From: an uncultured virus (IMG/VR IMGVR_UViG_3300044701_003393)
Lineage: Duplodnaviria; Heunggongvirae; Uroviricota; Caudoviricetes
DNA: 20,000 bases
Reading direction: 5' to 3' (one strand)
Virus record (IMG/VR): IMGVR_UViG_3300044701_003393
The notes beneath the pieces are model-generated. The model ran no database searches. It saw only the letters and a program-made list of their open reading frames with translations, and was not told where the DNA came from. Position numbers and translations under genes: made by a program. Below are positions 15,092-20,000 of this stretch, one piece after another (position 1 is the first letter of the stretch; each line of letters opens with the position of its first letter).

Positions 15092-15119
15092 AACCTTTGT
15101 CGGGGTTGAAAGGATGGGC

Positions 15120-15515
15120 TTAGCTATTTTTATAGAGTTTCTCTAAGATTTCCTTAGCGTCATTGACATTAGCAATGTATCCCATTCTGCGAGTAATTTG
15201 GGAATGATTGCTTCCTTCTTTAGAGGATTGACGTATATAGTTTTGATACATCATTATCATTTCAATGTCTGAAGATTCAGACATAGTTAAAATATCATTT
15301 AAATTTAAAATAAACATATCTTCAGTGGTTGTTTTTAACCAAGGTTCTATTTTATATCCAACTATTCCATTTCTTCCTTTAAGTTCGCATACAGTGATTG
15401 GATTAGAAACAATTAAAATTGTTCTATCTTCTTCTTCAGAAGCTGCTACTTTAGCAAAGATTTCTTCACCAGTCTTTAGTTTGAGTGTTGCATAAAAGTC
15501 TTCTTCAATTCCCAT
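15120..15515 (-). CDS. Conserved T4-like cyanophage hypothetical protein (possibly Sm-like)
   Basis: FYATLKLKTGEEIFAKV...NP...EPWLK; overlaps the uvsW stop; sits between uvsW and g55. Confidence 0.82.
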   Translation of the reverse strand: MGIEEDFYATLKLKTGEEIFAKVAASEEEDRTILIVSNPITVCELKGRNGIVGYKIEPWLKTTTEDMFILNLNDILTMSESSDIEMIMMYQNYIRQSSKEGSNHSQITRRMGYIANVNDAKEILEKLYKNS

Positions 15516-16989
15516 TTTTCTTAAGTTGTATAGTGATTATTTCATAGTTAAAGTTTTCTTCATTATAGATTTTAATTCTTTCTATGAGGTGATTAAGGGT
15601 ATAGTTTTTCCTTGAGTTGTAAGTGCAATCATCAGCAATATCATAAAGAACTGCTTTTGTTTTGTTTTTTCCCTTTCTTAAAACTCTTCCGATTGACTGA
15701 AGATTGCGAATCCTTGATTTGCTTGGGGAAGCAAAAATTACATTGTGTAGATTTTTAATATTAATACCTGTAGAGAAAGTTCCATAAGAAGCTACAATGA
15801 CTGCATTGTTTTCTCTTTCAGTAATTTCTCTGACTAATTCTCTTTCTTCAGTATCAACTCCACCATGAATGAAAAATACTTTACGATCATCTCGCTTATT
15901 GTTATTTATCTTTTCATAGAGTATTGATCCGTGTGCTTCTACTCTAGAAAACAGGACAAGAGTATTTCCTTTTAAATCAAGAGTAAGGTTGGTAATAAAT
16001 TTATTTCTTTGATCGTGGGAAATGAGATATTGAATTTCATCCTCATACTTTTCAAATTTTTGTGGAGGATGCTTCAGAACAATACATTGAATATCTAATT
16101 GAGAGAGATGTCCTTGACGCATTAGTTCATCAGTCTTTGTGACTTTGTATGATGGACCAAACAATCCTTCTAGAACCCATTTATGAGTTTGAGTTCCGTC
16201 AAGAGTTCCTGTAAATCCAAACCGATACTTTGCATGATGAAGTTTCGTCATGATTTCAACAAGTGACTTGCTCTTGAATAGATGAGCTTCATCTCCTATA
16301 ATTACATTATAATCTTCAAAGAATGAACGTTCTAATTTGTATACTGATTGCCAAGTGGTAATTGTAACGGGATACTCATTCGTCTTTTCTCTACCTGAAT
16401 AAATTCTGTGACAGTATGACTCAGCATCCCAACCATAATCCTGAAAATCCTTATACATCTGCTCTACAAGAGATGTCGTTGGAACAACTAAAAGAATTTT
16501 TTGCCCTTTATCTACATAATATCTCACGATTGAATAAATCATCAGAGATTTGCCTGAGGCAGTTGGTGATATCAGCAGTTTTCGGTTGTGTCTTAGAGCA
16601 TCATATACTCCCTCAATTTGGTATTGTCTGGGAGAATGAGAACATATGGAGCTCATATAATCCTTGACACCTTCATATGAGATGGTTTCATTGATCTCAT
16701 ATGGTTGCCCGTAGAATTTATTTTCTCTAAATTCGTAAGTATAATTATGCAGAGAAAGTTTATCGATGACTTTATCAAGTAGTCCGACGTAAATCTCTCC
16801 AGTATGAGTGCTTAAGAGTCTGATCTTTCCATCCCAGTGTCTGCTTCTATACTGAGACATGAATTTTGCAGACTCAACCTCAAAGGTAAAATATGGTTGA
16901 AGTTCGTATAGAATGTGTGGTTCACATTGAAGTTTTACGAAGACTTCATTTTTCTTTTCAATAATTACGTCACTCATAACATTCATCAT
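15505..16989 (-). CDS. uvsW: UvsW SF2 DNA/RNA-DNA helicase
   Basis: SPTASGKS, GDEAH, GFTGT, FSTGINI, QSIGRVLR motifs. Exact start among Met 16989/16986/16977 uncertain. Confidence 0.96.
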   Translation of the reverse strand: MMNVMSDVIIEKKNEVFVKLQCEPHILYELQPYFTFEVESAKFMSQYRSRHWDGKIRLLSTHTGEIYVGLLDKVIDKLSLHNYTYEFRENKFYGQPYEINETISYEGVKDYMSSICSHSPRQYQIEGVYDALRHNRKLLISPTASGKSLMIYSIVRYYVDKGQKILLVVPTTSLVEQMYKDFQDYGWDAESYCHRIYSGREKTNEYPVTITTWQSVYKLERSFFEDYNVIIGDEAHLFKSKSLVEIMTKLHHAKYRFGFTGTLDGTQTHKWVLEGLFGPSYKVTKTDELMRQGHLSQLDIQCIVLKHPPQKFEKYEDEIQYLISHDQRNKFITNLTLDLKGNTLVLFSRVEAHGSILYEKINNNKRDDRKVFFIHGGVDTEERELVREITERENNAVIVASYGTFSTGINIKNLHNVIFASPSKSRIRNLQSIGRVLRKGKNKTKAVLYDIADDCTYNSRKNYTLNHLIERIKIYNEENFNYEIITIQLKKNGN

Positions 16990-16997
16990 GCTATGAG

Positions 16998-17004
16998 TAT
17001 TTAT
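16998..17004 (-). promoter_or_regulatory. Late promoter ATAAATA upstream of uvsW
   Basis: Immediately after the uvsY stop; T4 uvsW is late-expressed. Confidence 0.6.
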
Positions 17005-17442
17005 TTACCCCAATCCAGAGTTAAATCGCATAAATTCAATAGAATTTTTGATTTGATAAGTTCTGTTTTGAATCATTTTGAGAATACTCTCAATATAAAC
17101 AAGCATTGTATCATAATAATCAATTTTCAAACATACCGTAGAAAGTTTTTCATCCGCATCAAGATATTTTTGCATTGTATCTTTATCCCTAATTTTCTTT
17201 GGAAATGGATTTTCTACATATACATCTGGATCTGCTTTTCCCGAATAATATTCGTATCTTTCATGTCTTATATTTCTTTTTTGCTGCTCCGCCTTTTTTC
17301 TCAAAAGAAATATTGTATTATATAAATCAAAATATTTTGCGTGGAGAATTGGAATATTTAAAGATTCCGTATGTAAATTGTCAATGTCAATGTTGGAATC
17401 TTTCTCCCACATCTCCTGAATTTTATCAAGACTAATATCCAT
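17005..17442 (-). CDS. uvsY: UvsY recombination mediator
   Basis: WEKDSNID, ESLNIPILHAKY, YYSGKA, YLDADE, RTYQIKNSIEFMRF; adjacent to uvsW. Confidence 0.93.
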   Translation of the reverse strand: MDISLDKIQEMWEKDSNIDIDNLHTESLNIPILHAKYFDLYNTIFLLRKKAEQQKRNIRHERYEYYSGKADPDVYVENPFPKKIRDKDTMQKYLDADEKLSTVCLKIDYYDTMLVYIESILKMIQNRTYQIKNSIEFMRFNSGLG

Positions 17443-17989
17443 ATAATGGGTTTCCGCTCAAATCTACTATATCATAGATAGTATACTTGAAACTAACCTC
17501 TGCAGTAAAGTACTGAATATCTGTATCTGTTGCATCAAAAGTTAGAGTTGATAAAGTATATGGAAATAAATCCTTAAAAATTATTTTAAAATTTGGAACT
17601 TGACTACTTGTAAGAACCTGTAAAGTTCCATCAGAGTAAATATTTTGTCTATCTTTTACATAATTACCTCTCGCCATTCCTTGTCTTTCTAGTTCACCAA
17701 ATTGCTCCAACCTTTCTGGGAATCCAAGACCACGTATCCAATTTTGAATTGCCATATAATTCTCAAGATTTTCATCAACAAGAAAACGTAAATTTAAATC
17801 TCCAAACTCAATAATGTCTCCTGGAGTTGGGAGCATTTTTGTGTATGAGGGTTGAGTAGCAACTCCAAGATTTAAATCTGGTATATTTGCCTGATTACAA
17901 AAAAAAGCAACCTTAGGTTCTCTTACCAAAGAGAATTTAAACCCTGTTGGAGATAGATAATTTCTATTCTCAATCTGTCCTCTAGTCAT
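17432..17989 (-). CDS. g3: Tail tube terminator / tail completion protein (T4 gp3-like)
   Basis: NYLSPTGFKF, FFCNQANIP, FLVDENLENY, SDGTL, FKDLFP, FTAEVSFKYT; follows g23 as in cyanophages. Confidence 0.88.
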   Translation of the reverse strand: MTRGQIENRNYLSPTGFKFSLVREPKVAFFCNQANIPDLNLGVATQPSYTKMLPTPGDIIEFGDLNLRFLVDENLENYMAIQNWIRGLGFPERLEQFGELERQGMARGNYVKDRQNIYSDGTLQVLTSSQVPNFKIIFKDLFPYTLSTLTFDATDTDIQYFTAEVSFKYTIYDIVDLSGNPLYGY

Positions 17990-18000
17990 CTTTTTTTAAG

Positions 18001-18007
18001 TATTTAG
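18001..18007 (-). promoter_or_regulatory. Late promoter CTAAATA for g3
   Basis: Directly after the g23 terminator U-tract; 11 nt before the g3 ATG. Confidence 0.65.
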
Positions 18008-18009
18008 AT

Positions 18010-18035
18010 AAAAAAAGAGACCCTTTCGGGTCTCT
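18010..18035 (-). terminator. Intrinsic terminator after g23
   Basis: AGAGACCC-GAAA-GGGTCTCT-TTTTTT: perfect 8-bp stem with a GNRA loop. Confidence 0.9.
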
Positions 18036-18056
18036 GAGTAATTTATGTGAAATGAC

Positions 18057-19490
18057 TCACATGAGGTTCTTAACAGCAACTCTTCTGTAGTAGCGGTTGC
18101 TGTTGGTTGTGAGACGACCAAGACCCTGAGTGGTTCCTTCTGCGAATGGGTTAGCAACGAGACCATAACGGGTCTTGAAGCCAATCTTGGGCTGGAAGGA
18201 GTTCTCGCCAACGGCACGAACCATTTGGAGAGGAACATAAGGACAATAGAAGAGTCCAGCGTCATAAGGTGAAGAACCCTTATAACCAACAACGTAGTAC
18301 TGGTTGCCACCTGTTGGAGCACCATTAGCTGCGGTGAGGTTTGCTGAATAAGGATCGATATATACGCGATACTTACCCATCAGAGTACCAGCAAAGGTGT
18401 TGCCAGTGTCGTCTACCTGGAGATTAGCGTTGAGTGCAGGGGTGTAGTCGAGAACACCAGCCATGGTCAGTGCTGAAGCAACGTCAGCAGAGCACATGAT
18501 GATGTTGCCCTTTCCTCTACGAGTTCTTTGAGCGATAGCGTTAGCATCTCTCTCAATTTGGAACAGAAGACCCTTGAACTTTTCAACCGACCAACGACCA
18601 TTGGAGTCAACGTCGAGGTCAAATACACCAGCGGTAGCAACGTTCTGGGAAGCACCCTTTTCAGCAACCATGTAAATGGTACGAATAACTTCGCGGTTGA
18701 TCTCAGCAAGAATCTCAGTTGAGAGAATGTTTGCTAATTCCGCTTCAGCATTCAGACCGTGGATTGCTTTAAGGTCTTGAGCGAGCTCAAGTGAGTACTC
18801 GGCTTTCAGAGCGCGTGACTTTGCAGTAACCGTGACTTTCTCAATTGAGAATGCCATCTGGTTGAAAGCATTGCTTCCGGTACCATCAAGGTTCTCTGAA
18901 TCGCCTGTTGGCATTCCGCTACCGACGTTATAGTCACCAGCAGCAACTGAAGCAGCGTTGAGGACAGATGGGTTATCGCCTCTCTGAGTGGTAGTACCAA
19001 TACCAGTTGAGGTTTGTGCGAAACCAGCAGTAACGTCAAACCCAGCATCCTGACCTGAGAATGAAGAATCTACTTCATTGTAGAAGGTCTCGGTGCCACT
19101 TTGATTGGTGTAGCGTGAGCGCATTGCGAAGATGAGTCCAGTAGGACCACTCATTGGTTGAACGCCAGCCAGGTCATAAGCGACCAGGTTAGGCATTGAA
19201 CGGCGAATGAGTGAAATTAGAACTGGATCAAAACCTGCGGTAGGACCACCTGCAGCAGCACTACCACCAAATGCACCTGATGCACCAGCAGCGTTACCAC
19301 TATTGGTTGGAGCTTCCATGAGCATATTCATGGAACCGTGCTCAAATGCACTTTGCTCTCTGAGGAATTTTTCTTGGTTTTCGAGCAGGACAGCGGTTAC
19401 AGCTCTACGATGAGAATCTTTGATTGGATCAAGACCCTGATAGTCTAAGAGAGGTGCCCACTTTTCCTGCAGATGTTCTGAATGAAACAT
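18057..19490 (-). CDS. g23: Major capsid protein (T4 gp23-like)
   Basis: LQEKWAPLL, FDPVLISLIRR, GVQPMSGPTGLIFAMR, KSRALKAEYSLELAQDLKAIHG, YCPYVPL, FQPKIGFKTRYG. Confidence 0.99.
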   Translation of the reverse strand: MFHSEHLQEKWAPLLDYQGLDPIKDSHRRAVTAVLLENQEKFLREQSAFEHGSMNMLMEAPTNSGNAAGASGAFGGSAAAGGPTAGFDPVLISLIRRSMPNLVAYDLAGVQPMSGPTGLIFAMRSRYTNQSGTETFYNEVDSSFSGQDAGFDVTAGFAQTSTGIGTTTQRGDNPSVLNAASVAAGDYNVGSGMPTGDSENLDGTGSNAFNQMAFSIEKVTVTAKSRALKAEYSLELAQDLKAIHGLNAEAELANILSTEILAEINREVIRTIYMVAEKGASQNVATAGVFDLDVDSNGRWSVEKFKGLLFQIERDANAIAQRTRRGKGNIIMCSADVASALTMAGVLDYTPALNANLQVDDTGNTFAGTLMGKYRVYIDPYSANLTAANGAPTGGNQYYVVGYKGSSPYDAGLFYCPYVPLQMVRAVGENSFQPKIGFKTRYGLVANPFAEGTTQGLGRLTTNSNRYYRRVAVKNLM

Positions 19491-19530
19491 TTGCGTTTAC
19501 CTTTGTTTACTAAGTGTTTGTTTTTTGGGT

Positions 19531-19557
19531 TTGAATTATATTAAATTCAATTATTTA
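19531..19557 (-). promoter_or_regulatory. Late promoter-like TAAATA at the g22 stop, followed by AT-rich inverted repeat TTGAATT-N6-AATTCAA in the g23 leader
   Basis: TAAATA at 19557-19552; inverted repeat at 19531-19550. Confidence 0.5.
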
Positions 19558-20000
19558 CTAAATGCTGAGAGACTCTTGAGATAAGCAGCCATTGATGGTG
19601 AGTGTGACTCATAATCAGAGCTTACTCCTTCTGAAAGAGTATCTGCTTTAGTTTTTGGAGAAACAACTCTTGAAGGGAAATATGATTCCTTCAAAGTCTC
19701 CAGTTTTTCACGATATTCTTCTTCACTTTCAAACTCAACACTTTCGGCAAGTGAAGCGAGCTTGTCTTTCTGAGTGTCTGCAAGACCTTCAGTGACTTGT
19801 TCAAAGATTCCATCCGCAACCGCCTCTGCGAGACGCTTGTTTAGGGAAACATTCTTTTCGATTTGCTCGTTGAGTTTTGTCTCCATTTCATCAAGTTTTT
19901 CTACCATGCTCTCAAGCACATCATATTTATCTTCAGGGATTGATACATAATGTTCTTCAAAAAGACCCTTCATTCCTTGGAGGAATGATTCGGTCATTTC
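19551..20000 (-). CDS. g22: Prohead core/scaffold protein (T4 gp22-like), C-terminal part; 5' end outside window
   Basis: ESFLQGMKGLFEEHYV, GLADTQKDKLASLAESVEF, KLETLKESYF, MAAYL; directly upstream of g23; frame open to the window edge. Confidence 0.93.
   Translation of the reverse strand, partial: EMTESFLQGMKGLFEEHYVSIPEDKYDVLESMVEKLDEMETKLNEQIEKNVSLNKRLAEAVADGIFEQVTEGLADTQKDKLASLAESVEFESEEEYREKLETLKESYFPSRVVSPKTKADTLSEGVSSDYESHSPSMAAYLKSLSAFSK

Noticed and set aside
17990..18056. Absence of g24 (vertex protein) after g23
   Set aside because: The g23-g3-uvsY-uvsW order without g24 is usual for T4-like cyanophages, so it is not an anomaly.
17996..19048. Alternative-frame minus ORFs inside g23 (similar cases in g44, cobS, g47, hsp20)
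   Set aside because: They are nested in conserved genes; 17996-18325 crosses the g23 terminator; I saw no slippery site or SD support.
159..19413. All plus-strand ORFs in the track (e.g. 159-539, 7251-7817, 8061-8594, 9214-10203, 10660-11394)
   Set aside because: They lie antisense to well-recognised minus-strand genes and show no recognisable motifs; they are shadow ORFs.
1..20000. tRNA, rRNA, CRISPR array, inteins, stop-codon recoding
   Set aside because: Intergenic gaps are short and accounted for, with no cloverleaf or repeat-spacer pattern seen. Core proteins have ordinary lengths and read through in the standard code.

Overview
This window is the core replication/late region of a T4-like myovirus. 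Gene order and protein signatures match cyanomyoviruses (Kyanoviridae-type). All credible genes are on the minus strand. In transcription order (right to left): g22 (partial), g23, g3, uvsY, uvsW, hypothetical, g55, g47, DUF3110-like, g46, small basic protein, HEXXH/vWA (CobT-like), capsid-targeted small protein, hypothetical, CobS/MoxR AAA+, DUF3310-like, g45, pyrimidine-dimer glycosylase, two ORFans, free-standing HNH, g44, Dam-type MTase, g62, regA, hsp20, an unlisted 59-aa Gly-tailed protein, two related small proteins, and g43 (partial, missed by the ORF track). The most interesting signals are five. (1) A ROSE-type RNA-thermometer leader precedes phage hsp20. (2) Two late-promoter-driven small proteins begin with a T4 internal-protein-like capsid-targeting sequence. 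(3) An identically spaced non-canonical promoter module precedes both the vWA and AAA+ genes. (4) Back-to-back sigma70 promoters share a palindromic -35 upstream of g55, and one fires antisense. (5) There are two candidate late small RNAs and three small proteins that appear related. All calls come from reading the sequence; no searches were run.
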